DNA of 64,000 bases from a virus. The number at the start of each line of letters is the position of its first letter. Within the stretch, counting starts at the first letter, position 1. The notes under the pieces were generated by a model that saw only the letters and a list, made by a program, of their open reading frames with translations, searched no databases and was not told the origin of the DNA. This document shows, one piece after another, positions 31,189-40,494 of the stretch. Location of the stretch: positions 1 through 64,000 of IMG/VR virus record IMGVR_UViG_3300017730_000002; one strand, given 5' to 3'. Both the position numbers and the translations under genes were made by a program.

Positions 31189-31693
31189 ATCCCAGCCCTA
31201 TTCCACCTCGTACATTACTTTGTTGTTCTTCTTGAAGATCTTTATAAGCTCCTTTAAATGATTCTCTAATTTGTTGATATTTAGCCGCTGCATTTACTAA
31301 GGAATTAATATTACCATCTCTACCATGTTCAATCGGTGTAGTCTGCATATATCTGCCTAATCTATCTAGCATAGCTGCAATACCCTTGTATGCTCTGGAT
31401 GTTGGAGTCTGATACATTTTTTCACAAAACTTAAGTGCTGCCCATATATCGTCATCTTCTGTAGAAAATTCACCTTCTACTTCTTTCATTATAACTTCTT
31501 CTTTTTCATGCTCAGGAGTATGGAAGAAAGGATTCATATCGGGATTAGGACAAGTCATATAAAATAGGTACTGGTAAATCTTTAGATAATCCTCTGGATA
31601 ATTATCCATTACATCTTTAAGTGACTTTAATGTGTAACAATGTTCTGTTGGAACTACTTTGCCGTTTTGTATATCAAATAGTTTTGCAATCAT
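31178..31693 (-). CDS. Conserved protein upstream of terminase (possible small subunit)
   Basis: 171 aa, helical; overlaps the terL start. Confidence 0.5.
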   Translation of the reverse strand: MIAKLFDIQNGKVVPTEHCYTLKSLKDVMDNYPEDYLKIYQYLFYMTCPNPDMNPFFHTPEHEKEEVIMKEVEGEFSTEDDDIWAALKFCEKMYQTPTSRAYKGIAAMLDRLGRYMQTTPIEHGRDGNINSLVNAAAKYQQIRESFKGAYKDLQEEQQSNVRGGIGLGYDQ

Positions 31694-32526
31694 TTCTTTT
31701 TTAATTTTTTTCTATTATCATGCAGATAATGTATTAATGATATTACTTCATCTTTTAGATAAGGAACTGGAATTTGAACTAAATCTTTTAATACAGGATC
31801 ACCATCTGGTGTATACTTTGTAATAGGATATCCATGTTCATCTTTACCTTCTTCTTTAAATTGAACGTGATGAATATACATTGGTCCAGGCCTTAACTTA
31901 GGATTATGCTTTATTATAATATACATATAAATACTCAGTTGTAAAGCATAATGATTAAAGTTACAATCATCCAAATGACTAACTGGAAATAACATTTTCT
32001 GAGAAACACCTTCCCAATCTACATAAGATTGCATTTTAATTTCCTTGTTAGTCTTATAATCTATAATTGATACTTTACCCTCAACTACTTCTACTAAATC
32101 TGACTGACCGCATATACCTGCAGATTTTAAATAAACCATGTGTTCTGGATATACTCCTGGTTCTAACTTTTGATTTGGTGAAATTTTAACACCGTTGGCT
32201 TTTAGTATTGGGCTAAAAATAGGTACAGTAACCCCACTTCTTTCTATTGAAGCTAAAGAGCATAAATCATCTTCTCTTTGATTATGGTAAAATGTTCCAA
32301 GAGCCATAGCTCTTTCAGATTCTTTTTTCCAAACTTCTTGAATTTTTTTTGGTGTCATTCCATACCACTTAGAGCTTTTTCTTTTAGAAACTTTCTGTGC
32401 TATCTTCTTAGCATCAAAAGGTTCTTTAAAGTGAGAGGTTAATGTTGTTACACTTATCCAATCAATTAAATCATCTTGATTAGATGATTTATAACTATGA
32501 TCTTTTTCTGTAAATATTATACTCAT
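31690..32526 (-). CDS. PD-(D/E)XK nuclease
   Basis: 'SVTTL', 'GTFYH', 'ICGQSDLV', 'IIDYKT', 'HYALQLSIY'. Confidence 0.85.
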   Translation of the reverse strand: MSIIFTEKDHSYKSSNQDDLIDWISVTTLTSHFKEPFDAKKIAQKVSKRKSSKWYGMTPKKIQEVWKKESERAMALGTFYHNQREDDLCSLASIERSGVTVPIFSPILKANGVKISPNQKLEPGVYPEHMVYLKSAGICGQSDLVEVVEGKVSIIDYKTNKEIKMQSYVDWEGVSQKMLFPVSHLDDCNFNHYALQLSIYMYIIIKHNPKLRPGPMYIHHVQFKEEGKDEHGYPITKYTPDGDPVLKDLVQIPVPYLKDEVISLIHYLHDNRKKLKKK

Positions 32527-32819
32527 AATTCTCCCAATTTATCTTCTTCACTTTCTGACATCAAAGCTGGCCACTCTCCTATTGGACATTCTGCAGATAA
32601 AGCTCTTGTTTTAAAAGCTAATGAACAACCACAATTGCCACAACAAGGTTGTGTTCCTGAAACCTCACATTTAGAACCTATTGAATCAAATTCAATACAG
32701 TCTTTACATAAAAGCATTCTTTTTGCAGAAACGTCTTCTACAAACTTATCTCTAATAACTGAATTCTTTATTCCCTCATAGATTTGTTTTCTATTTTTCC
32801 AAATCTTTTTTAGATTCAT
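32523..32819 (-). CDS. Cys-rich Zn-binding protein
   Basis: R..LCKDC..C..CCGNCGC..K....ECPIGEW. Confidence 0.7.
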   Translation of the reverse strand: MNLKKIWKNRKQIYEGIKNSVIRDKFVEDVSAKRMLLCKDCIEFDSIGSKCEVSGTQPCCGNCGCSLAFKTRALSAECPIGEWPALMSESEEDKLGEL

Positions 32820-33174
32820 CTTTTAATTTTTTAAATTCTTCTTTTCTTTTCTTTTCAGAATCAATCTGTTTACTTATACATTGAAGAAATTCTATTTTTT
32901 CTTCTAGCTTTTTTAAATTATAATAAGCTGTATATGTAGATGTGTCGTGATTCTTTAGATATTTTTTAAATCTAGGAATAGCATTTTTTATTGCATTTTC
33001 TCTAGCTGTAAATAGACCAAGGCCTGTTATATTTATTCTTGGGTGATGTAACTCACTTAACAAGGTTCTAACGTTTTTATAGTAAAAATCAATTAAACTT
33101 TCTACAAGATCTTTTGACAGATCATTTTCCTCAGATATTTCTTGATATAGATGTCTAGCTTTTTTAGGTTTCAT
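32791..33174 (-). CDS. HU/IHF-like protein
   Basis: 'ISEENDLSKDLVESLI..INITGLGLF' HU-like pattern. Confidence 0.6.
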   Translation of the reverse strand: MKPKKARHLYQEISEENDLSKDLVESLIDFYYKNVRTLLSELHHPRINITGLGLFTARENAIKNAIPRFKKYLKNHDTSTYTAYYNLKKLEEKIEFLQCISKQIDSEKKRKEEFKKLKDESKKDLEK

Positions 33175-33530
33175 TTAGCAAGAAAGTTATAATCTAAAAA
33201 TATAGATCCTACAGTCTCAATATTTAAACTAGGACTAATCCGAATAAGTTTTTTATTTTTAACATCTCTTTCTACAATTTTAAATTTTATACATTTATTA
33301 ATGCAGTTTCTAACTGTTTGCTGAGACTTAAATATTTTTTGTTCATCAGCTGCATCATAACAAAAATGAGAAATTTCTAAGGGTCCTGTTGAACTAAGCA
33401 AAGTTAAACACTCAAGATCAGAATCACTCACCGTTATTTTATTAAGATAACAGTGAGTAATTAATTGAAACTTAATAACATCTTTTGTAGACATTATTAC
33501 TTTTTTCTGAACTCGTTTAACAATAGCCAT
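33171..33530 (-). CDS. Winged-HTH DNA-binding protein
   Basis: 'SQQTVRNCINKC..KIVER..RISP' wHTH-like pattern. Confidence 0.5.
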   Translation of the reverse strand: MAIVKRVQKKVIMSTKDVIKFQLITHCYLNKITVSDSDLECLTLLSSTGPLEISHFCYDAADEQKIFKSQQTVRNCINKCIKFKIVERDVKNKKLIRISPSLNIETVGSIFLDYNFLAK

Positions 33531-33793
33531 TATACGCTTTGTTTTTTCAGACTTCTCTTTTTTGGTTTAACCTCTGGTGGCATTGGTGCTCCGTCATCTT
33601 CAGGCGGTGCCATCATTTGAGCATATGCCATTTGAATCTGAGTTCTTTTAAGTCTCATCTCATCAATTTCCGATAACATTTTTTCATAGTCAAGTTGAGC
33701 TTCTAAATAAGGCATTGATTCTTTGTAGAACTGAAGCATTTCTTCTTTTTTTACTTTTAATTCTTCTGGTGATAGATTTTCTGGATTTTCCAT
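33530..33793 (-). CDS. Hypothetical coiled-coil protein
   Basis: ORF track; promoter-like motif just upstream. Confidence 0.7.
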   Translation of the reverse strand: MENPENLSPEELKVKKEEMLQFYKESMPYLEAQLDYEKMLSEIDEMRLKRTQIQMAYAQMMAPPEDDGAPMPPEVKPKKRSLKKQSV

Positions 33794-33852
33794 TGGTTTA
33801 AATTTTTATTTACTCAAATATACAAATAAAGTTTAAACTTCTGTGGTTTAAA

Positions 33853-33883
33853 TAAAAAAACCTGAGTTATTAAACCCAGGTTC
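33853..33883 (-). terminator. Intrinsic terminator after the endolysin gene
   Basis: A-tract-AACCTG..CAGGTT hairpin. Confidence 0.65.
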
Positions 33884-33909
33884 TCTTTATTTAACTTACC
33901 TATGAAAAG

Positions 33910-34608
33910 TTAAATCTTACCCTCAGCCTCTATTTGTTGAATCATTTGAAAGTGAACTTTTGCTATTCTATCTCTACCTTCTTCAGATAAAAGATACTTG
34001 TGACAATTATCTGAGTTGGTCATAAAGAAGTTTTCAGAAAGTATTGCAGGCATAGAGGTATTAATAAGAACATAAAAATTAGATTCTTGATCTACATCTC
34101 CATCTCTGTATGTATCAGATCTCATATACTCACCTTTAAACTCTCTAGCTGCCTTTTCAAAAAGAACTGTTGCTATATCATCTGATTTAGTTTGCCCTTG
34201 AGAAGTGTATACACACCATCCATTTGCTGACTCGTCAGTATATCCATTAGCATGTACACTTACATATATACATCGTTTTTGAGAAGACTTGGCTAATCTA
34301 TTAGCAGTATCTACTCTTTCTGTTAAACTAACATCTTTTGGAGTATCTACCAGGTTAATGGCATCTATACCATTAGCCTCACATTTTTTCATTAATCTAT
34401 CTACTATAGCTCTATTAAATTCGCCTTCAAATAATTGTGTGCCATCTGGCCATACTGGAGATCTTTTACCAGGAGTTTGATAAACATCATCTATCATACC
34501 TCCATGACCATTATCAAGTATCCAAAGATATTTAGATTCAGTTTCATGTGGTGTAATAGACATATCAAATTCTGTCTTACAATGAGGGCATGTTATAATT
34601 TTTTCCAT
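33910..34608 (-). CDS. Endolysin, N-acetylmuramoyl-L-alanine amidase (Amidase_3)
   Basis: 'ILDNGHGG', 'E.EFN', 'VSVHAN', 'PAILSENFFMTN' Zn-amidase motifs. Confidence 0.92.
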   Translation of the reverse strand: MEKIITCPHCKTEFDMSITPHETESKYLWILDNGHGGMIDDVYQTPGKRSPVWPDGTQLFEGEFNRAIVDRLMKKCEANGIDAINLVDTPKDVSLTERVDTANRLAKSSQKRCIYVSVHANGYTDESANGWCVYTSQGQTKSDDIATVLFEKAAREFKGEYMRSDTYRDGDVDQESNFYVLINTSMPAILSENFFMTNSDNCHKYLLSEEGRDRIAKVHFQMIQQIEAEGKI

Positions 34609-34683
34609 AGATATCTTATTACTGCGGGTATTGCATATATTAAAAAGAAAGTCAAATATACTAAAATTGCACTTACCCCATTA

Positions 34684-34917
34684 TTATTTCTTATTTCTTA
34701 TTCTAGTTAATTTATCTATAGATGTTAACCCTAGTGCGCCAAATGCAAATAAAGCTACAGCGTCTACAAGGTATTCTGCTGGTCTTATATCTCCATGAGT
34801 AAAGGTATTAGCCACTAGTGATACTACAAGTGCTAAAACGCAAAGTAAACCACCTAATCTTTTAGAAGAGTAAACTCCTGTTTCATCACTTAATAATTCT
34901 TTAAAAAATTTTTTCAT
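34684..34917 (-). CDS. Putative holin (2 TM helices)
   Basis: MKKFFKELL..SSKRLGG, two hydrophobic helices, basic tail; adjacent to the endolysin. Confidence 0.65.
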   Translation of the reverse strand: MKKFFKELLSDETGVYSSKRLGGLLCVLALVVSLVANTFTHGDIRPAEYLVDAVALFAFGALGLTSIDKLTRIRNKK

Positions 34918-35360
34918 AGTAATCTTTTTTTTAAAAATAAAAACAATCTGTAAACCCCGTAGAGTAATACAGCTACCATTAGCCAATTAAATATTCTTTT
35001 CCAAAGTGGAGTTTTTTCGTAGTATTTAACTGGTATTTTCCTTTCAACTATTTTTTCAACAGTTACAGTATCACACTCACCTTTTATATACACAGTTTTT
35101 TTAATAGTATCGTGAAATATCTTTATAGTAAGTCTTTCTTTTTGTAGAACTAAAGTATCTCTAGTTATTTGTGTAAAGAAATGCTGATTAATAATTGTAT
35201 CATGTACTACTTTAGGTACTTCTACTTTAACTGTATCATGTATAGTTAAAGTATCTGTAGTAAGTAAATGAGGGTATTTATCTATTAGCCTAGTAAATCT
35301 TCGTTGAGGAGTACAGGCAAATAAACCTAATATTACTAATACAAAAAGGGTTCTTATCAT
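34914..35360 (-). CDS. Putative spanin-like lipoprotein
   Basis: Lipobox LFA-C at residue 16, C-terminal TM helix; lies in the lysis cassette. Confidence 0.6.
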   Translation of the reverse strand: MIRTLFVLVILGLFACTPQRRFTRLIDKYPHLLTTDTLTIHDTVKVEVPKVVHDTIINQHFFTQITRDTLVLQKERLTIKIFHDTIKKTVYIKGECDTVTVEKIVERKIPVKYYEKTPLWKRIFNWLMVAVLLYGVYRLFLFLKKRLL

Positions 35361-35650
35361 CTACTTTTAATTGCATGAATAGCTTCAATGATTTCTATTT
35401 TCATTTTAGCCATGTCATCTCTTAAATCTGTAATAGATTTTTCTTGTTTTTCACGATTAGATTCTACTCTTTCTTTAAGACCATCTACTCTTTTATGAAC
35501 CATATCTAAACTTTCTTTTAGGTTATCTAAAACCATTTGCTGTATAGCGACTTTATTTTTAAGTGTAAACCAAACAGTTAAAGCACCAACTAAAGCTGAA
35601 AGGATGGATAATAAAGCATCAAAACCTACTTGCATTTGTGAAATCTCCAT
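35357..35650 (-). CDS. Membrane protein (N-terminal TM + coiled coil), lysis-associated
   Basis: Probable start MEISQ; one TM helix then heptad repeats. Confidence 0.55.
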   Translation of the reverse strand: MEISQMQVGFDALLSILSALVGALTVWFTLKNKVAIQQMVLDNLKESLDMVHKRVDGLKERVESNREKQEKSITDLRDDMAKMKIEIIEAIHAIKSR

Positions 35651-35725
35651 TTTCTTTTGTATAAATAATAAACATATAGTTATAATATACAAAAAATATT
35701 TAAATATACCAGGAAATACGTAGGT

Positions 35726-36613
35726 TTAAATGGGAAATTTATAGGAGTCTATTCCTCTCTGAAAGTAGTCAGCACCTTCATCTCGGATTCTTTTATAATT
35801 TATTTCTAAAATTCTGCCACCCGTAGGTTTAATTGGCGCACCTCTTTCAACATGCCAACCTTTAGATCCATCTCCATATTCTTCTTTATATGTACCTGTA
35901 AGCATCAGATGGAGCTGCTTTTGTACTTGTCTATAACTTGATCTACCGTGAACTATTGAGTCTCTTACATCGTTCCTAGAAGCATTTTCATGGATATGCC
36001 CCATAGTAAACACATCAAAATCCTCATACATTTCTAAAGCTCTTGTTAAGTTTAGCGCTCCTTTAGTAACTACACCACCTCCACCTGATCCGTGAAAGTA
36101 TCTTATTTTCATTGATGAAGAACCTTTAATAGGACCATTCTTTTTAACAATTTGATTTACTATCATCCATCCGCCATATCCACCTACCTGTACATTTGTA
36201 CCATTCTTAATGTTAAGTAATTTTACAAATCTTGCAAGTATGTCTGTTTCTTGAAATTTAATAATAGCAGTCTCGTGATTACCATACCCTATAACTGTAA
36301 GTAAATGAGCATAGGGGCTAAACCATTCTACAGCTGTTTCTACAATGCTGTCTAAATACATAGCATTGTTATGTTCTGGTCTTATATCAGACTTATTCTT
36401 TCTATTATCACCTCTACCTTGCATTAAGCAGAACATATCCCCATTAATCATAATAGGAATAGATTCTTTTAAGCAATAATCTAAATCTTGTTTTAGTTGT
36501 TTCCAGTCACATTTAGGATTATCCCAATGTAAATCTGACATCATTGCAATCTTAGCTTGTGTACCCTCAAGCTTTAGCTCGTGGATATTGCTAGCATGTT
36601 TAATTAACTTCAT
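35726..36613 (-). CDS. Calcineurin-like metallophosphoesterase
   Basis: SDLH, NGD, GNHE, FHG, GHIH motifs. Confidence 0.88.
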   Translation of the reverse strand: MKLIKHASNIHELKLEGTQAKIAMMSDLHWDNPKCDWKQLKQDLDYCLKESIPIMINGDMFCLMQGRGDNRKNKSDIRPEHNNAMYLDSIVETAVEWFSPYAHLLTVIGYGNHETAIIKFQETDILARFVKLLNIKNGTNVQVGGYGGWMIVNQIVKKNGPIKGSSSMKIRYFHGSGGGGVVTKGALNLTRALEMYEDFDVFTMGHIHENASRNDVRDSIVHGRSSYRQVQKQLHLMLTGTYKEEYGDGSKGWHVERGAPIKPTGGRILEINYKRIRDEGADYFQRGIDSYKFPI

Positions 36614-36659
36614 AATTTTATTTTTCTGGAGAGAATTTCCCTAATATACAACTTATTTT

Positions 36660-36944
36660 TTAAAGTGGAGTATATTCAATATCAAAAGGATCTGGAGAAC
36701 TCCAATCTTCACTAGTCATTAATTCTAAACCCTCTTTATAAGTATATAGACCATCAGGTATGACTGTACCATCTGCAATAAAGCTAGGTTCAGTATCCCA
36801 TTTTAATACAAATTGAGTAGGTGGATTTAAAACATTTTTTCTAATAGTATCTGCAGAAGTTTCTCCTACTTGAGAAAAGTCCACTTTAGATAAATCCTCT
36901 ATTCTTATTACACCGTATGTTTGAAAAACTTTTCTTAGTTTCAT
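36660..36944 (-). CDS. Hypothetical protein (often next to LamG-domain genes)
   Basis: 'VDFSQVGETSADTIRK..FVLKW' motif. Confidence 0.65.
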   Translation of the reverse strand: MKLRKVFQTYGVIRIEDLSKVDFSQVGETSADTIRKNVLNPPTQFVLKWDTEPSFIADGTVIPDGLYTYKEGLELMTSEDWSSPDPFDIEYTPL

Positions 36945-36953
36945 ATTTTTTAT

Positions 36954-37727
36954 TTAAGGTGTATTTGTACTAAAAGTGGCAGCATTTTCTAAGGTTCCTG
37001 CATTTGATCCAGATCCTGAATCAGCTACACTTGTTCCTGAACCTTCTTCAAATCTCCACCAACTTACTAAACTACTAAATTCAGATAAATCTGTAGGTAT
37101 TCCACTATTGTATATGTTTGTTATATCTGTTGCAGATAATTCTGCATTAAAAATTGCTACTTCGTCTATTTCTCCGTTTGCAAATGAGGGAGTTGATCCA
37201 TTAAATTTACCTATTAAAAGGGGTTCATTTGTATTATGCATTGCAGTATATGATCCACCACCAGATACACTACCATTATCTAAAGAACCATTTAAGTATA
37301 TTTTTATACCAGTATTCAAACCATTTCCATTATAGGTCATTACAACATGACTCCATACATTTTCTGGTATAGTTGTATTTCCATTTCTTGTTAAACTTGC
37401 TGCGGTACCAGCATCGTAAAGTCCAGCTTGTAACTTTAACCCACCAGCTGTTTGAAAATAATATTCTCTTAAAGATGTAGTTACATTATATTTAAAAATA
37501 ATTCTAAATTTATCATTATCATCAGGTCTTATCCAAGCAGAAATACTAAAAGCAGAATCGCTTGAGCCATCTCCAAAAGACAAGTTATTATTATCTGCTA
37601 CATTTACATAAGCATCTATACCATCAAGTTCTACACTATGAGTATTAACAAAACTAGTCTGAGGAGCTATAATACTAGTTCCTGTAGATACTCCTAAAGT
37701 CTTATTTGTATTTATTGATACTCCCAT
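36954..37727 (-). CDS. LamG / concanavalin A-like lectin domain protein
   Basis: 'FSISAWI', 'WSHVVMTY', 'IYLNG', 'GEIDEVAIFN.ELS', 'LVSWWRF'. Confidence 0.85.
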   Translation of the reverse strand: MGVSINTNKTLGVSTGTSIIAPQTSFVNTHSVELDGIDAYVNVADNNNLSFGDGSSDSAFSISAWIRPDDNDKFRIIFKYNVTTSLREYYFQTAGGLKLQAGLYDAGTAASLTRNGNTTIPENVWSHVVMTYNGNGLNTGIKIYLNGSLDNGSVSGGGSYTAMHNTNEPLLIGKFNGSTPSFANGEIDEVAIFNAELSATDITNIYNSGIPTDLSEFSSLVSWWRFEEGSGTSVADSGSGSNAGTLENAATFSTNTP

Positions 37728-37809
37728 AATTACATAAATATTATAAAATCATCATCAGATCCAGAAGATAAACCTGTTATTTCCGTAGGCATAAGTTTTT
37801 AATTAAATG

Positions 37810-38574
37810 CTACGCTACATATATCATCAATACATCTGCGCCAGTACCATTTACTACAAAATGAGATCCTGCAAATTTATGAGCATTACCACCTGCATCA
37901 AAGTTTACTGTTTCACCTGCAAGCAAGTTAACAGCGGATCCACCACCTATTGCTATAGTAGCAGTTGCACTAGCATGTGCATTATAAAATGATATTGATT
38001 TAACAGCATCTGTTACAGTTACAGAACCTGTAACTCTTTGCATACTAGCAACATTAGTTTGAACACCTGTATTAGTTTTAACTCTATCTACATCTAGTTC
38101 AATTTCAGTATTCTTTGCAAGAATAGCATCAGCTGTAGTTTCAATTTCAGTGTTTTTAGCTAATATAGCATCGGCTGTTACTTCTATTTCTGTATTTTTA
38201 GCCAGAATAGCAGTTGTATCAACCTCTATAGCAGTATTCTTAGCTAAGATATTTAAAAGAGTTGCTTCTGTTGCGTCACCTTGTTCTAAATAAGTTTTAG
38301 TACAAGCTGAATAATTGGTAGTATCTTCTGTTAATGATCCTGGAGGATATAATTCAATATCTGTAAAAGCTCCTGTACTTGTATTAAAGATTCTTACTTC
38401 TAATCTAATGATTGCAGGATCTGATCCACAAACAATGCTAATTAAATCTGCTTCATAATCTTTACCCGCAGTTACAATACTAGCTGCAATTTTATCCAAA
38501 CCAAGCAACATTCTATATTGCCAAGTCCAGTTAGTTCCTTTTTGCCCTTGTGTTTTTAAGTTTCCTACTGACAT
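37810..38574 (-). CDS. Fibre-like structural protein with 14-aa coiled-coil repeats
   Basis: Four ILAKNT(A/E)IE repeats followed by a beta-rich C-terminus. Confidence 0.65.
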   Translation of the reverse strand: MSVGNLKTQGQKGTNWTWQYRMLLGLDKIAASIVTAGKDYEADLISIVCGSDPAIIRLEVRIFNTSTGAFTDIELYPPGSLTEDTTNYSACTKTYLEQGDATEATLLNILAKNTAIEVDTTAILAKNTEIEVTADAILAKNTEIETTADAILAKNTEIELDVDRVKTNTGVQTNVASMQRVTGSVTVTDAVKSISFYNAHASATATIAIGGGSAVNLLAGETVNFDAGGNAHKFAGSHFVVNGTGADVLMIYVA

Positions 38575-38588
38575 GTTTTATGTTTTTA

Positions 38589-38963
38589 TTATTCAAATAC
38601 CCCATGCTCTACTAAGCATCCTGTTGCTCCTGAAGCATATACTCTAATATCACTAGTATCTGCTGCCCAAGGAAATAGTGCCCAGGAACCTGCATCTAAA
38701 AACATATCATATACAGCACCTGACGCTGTTGCTTCAATTTTAACATAGATATTCAAACTTCCTGCATTCTTCAAGTATACATACGCACCTGGAGAATGGC
38801 TTGCATGAGGAATCAATGTTAATGGTGCACCAACCACTGCTGTAACGTTAGTTCTAGAAATACCTCCCTGAGTAACTGTAGCTGACTTTAAAACTGTAGA
38901 TAGTAAACTATCGCTAGTTAAGTTAGTAGAAGTTATTGTTGAAGTTAAATTTACTGTTGCCAT
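38589..38963 (-). CDS. Small beta-sandwich structural protein (paralogue of 38984-39373)
   Basis: Shared 'ST.LT.D', 'QGG', 'GA.V.L.N', 'WAL.PWAA', 'E.G.F' motifs. Confidence 0.7.
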   Translation of the reverse strand: MATVNLTSTITSTNLTSDSLLSTVLKSATVTQGGISRTNVTAVVGAPLTLIPHASHSPGAYVYLKNAGSLNIYVKIEATASGAVYDMFLDAGSWALFPWAADTSDIRVYASGATGCLVEHGVFE

Positions 38964-38983
38964 TTTTATAAGTTTATAAGATT

Positions 38984-39373
38984 TTAATTAAATATTCCGT
39001 ATTCTAGAATATTATTTGCTGTTTCTGCATAAGCTTCCAAACTTACTGGTGTACCACTGCTGCTTGCGGCCCATGGTATTAATGCCCAATCCCCACCACT
39101 TAATATAATTTGATCTGATGTAGAATCAAATGATATATAAATTTTTTCGTTTGTTGTAGCTGTAGATGGATTATATAACCAAACTCTTGCGCCTTGAACA
39201 TATAAGTCCTCATCTGCAATAATTTGCGCTGTACCAATTGCTGTTGGTTCAATCTTTTGTCTCATCACACCACCTTGCTCTATAGCTCTAGTAAGGTTTG
39301 TTACAGTTAATGAAATCACATCTGTAGTTAAATCTGTAGACTCTATCTTAAGAGTATGTGTTACGTCTGCCAT
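38984..39373 (-). CDS. Small beta-sandwich structural protein (paralogue of 38589-38963)
   Basis: Same shared motifs as 38589-38963. Confidence 0.7.
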   Translation of the reverse strand: MADVTHTLKIESTDLTTDVISLTVTNLTRAIEQGGVMRQKIEPTAIGTAQIIADEDLYVQGARVWLYNPSTATTNEKIYISFDSTSDQIILSGGDWALIPWAASSSGTPVSLEAYAETANNILEYGIFN

Positions 39374-39401
39374 TTTTTAAAGTTTTATAAGTTTAAGTTA
39401 A

Positions 39402-39872
39402 TTAAGCTCTATCAATAATCATGAAATTGATCTTAACATTACCATTCATTGTGGCAGTTCCACAGTTGTGAACGCGAATAGTAGCAGTACCTGTATTTTT
39501 AGCACGTATTTCTAATACTACTGTGCCATTACTTCCTGTCTGAGGAGTTAACAATATTATAGAATTTCCTAGTATTTTGCTGTTGTTAAGTACAAATTGT
39601 GTATTTGCATTAGCTGCTAAAGTTAATGAAACAGTATCAATAGTACCATGATGTGCATTCAATGTTACAGCTGTTGTAGAGCTGGTTGTTTGAGTTACAG
39701 CACCACCATCATATAAAGATTGTAAAGGTTCTGCATTAATTGATAAAGGTCTGTAAGTATCATCGCGTTTAGGATCTTTTGCCCCTACTGCAAATAAGTT
39801 AGTTGTATCTGTTGGAAGAGTCGCTCTATAGTCACCTCTTTTAATCCAAGAAATAAAATTTAAAATGTCCAT
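39402..39872 (-). CDS. Putative structural (fibre/decoration) protein
   Basis: 'GAVTQTTSSTTAVTLNAHHGTI..FVLNNS' beta-rich domain. Confidence 0.55.
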   Translation of the reverse strand: MDILNFISWIKRGDYRATLPTDTTNLFAVGAKDPKRDDTYRPLSINAEPLQSLYDGGAVTQTTSSTTAVTLNAHHGTIDTVSLTLAANANTQFVLNNSKILGNSIILLTPQTGSNGTVVLEIRAKNTGTATIRVHNCGTATMNGNVKINFMIIDRA

Positions 39873-39931
39873 TTTTTATTTTTTTAAAATATTTATAAAT
39901 ACGTATGATATAATATAGTAAAAATAATTGA

Positions 39932-39965
39932 TAAAAAAAAGCCCTCGGTAAAAACTAAGGGCTTA
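39932..39965 (-). terminator. Intrinsic terminator
   Basis: A-tract-AAGCCCT..AGGGCTT hairpin. Confidence 0.65.
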
Positions 39966-40003
39966 AAATTAGCTTGCAAATGGATTTGGGTAGTGGTAAC
40001 AAG

Positions 40004-40207
40004 CTAATCAAATAAGTAATGATAAAGTCCTATTGCTACAGCAAATGACACGATATATCCAATCATACCCATAATCCTAGCTTCTCTATCTTGTACTCTT
40101 CTTCCAGTTATTGGATCTACTATATCTTGCATAAGAGCATGCGATAATGTAGAAACAATAATTATACAAATTAGTCCGAATAAGACTACTAATGATTTCA
40201 TAATCAT
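40004..40207 (-). CDS. Small membrane protein (2 TM)
   Basis: Probable start MIMKSL (ATGA overlap); two hydrophobic helices. Confidence 0.6.
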   Translation of the reverse strand: MIMKSLVVLFGLICIIIVSTLSHALMQDIVDPITGRRVQDREARIMGMIGYIVSFAVAIGLYHYLFD

Positions 40208-40494
40208 AATGACTGTATTTCTTTTAATAATTTCTCGACATACAACGTAGCATCCATTAACTCTTCTTGTAAGTGAGTTAACCACTGCTTCATAGTTAAA
40301 TCTTTTCTATCTAGAGTCTTTCCATACTTAAGCTTGCCTGTCTCAGATCTTTCCTGATACTTCTCAAGTACAGATTCTACTATAGTATCTTCTTCAACTG
40401 GCGGAATCGGGATAACACCATCTGTCATATTACCATATACAGAGTTACCATGCATCTCCTTATACCAATCTTTAGCTGATTCTTTTATTGCCAT
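40204..40494 (-). CDS. MazG-like / all-alpha NTP pyrophosphohydrolase-like protein
   Basis: 'RS..G..KYGKTL..WLTHLQEELMDATLY'. Confidence 0.55.
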   Translation of the reverse strand: MAIKESAKDWYKEMHGNSVYGNMTDGVIPIPPVEEDTIVESVLEKYQERSETGKLKYGKTLDRKDLTMKQWLTHLQEELMDATLYVEKLLKEIQSL

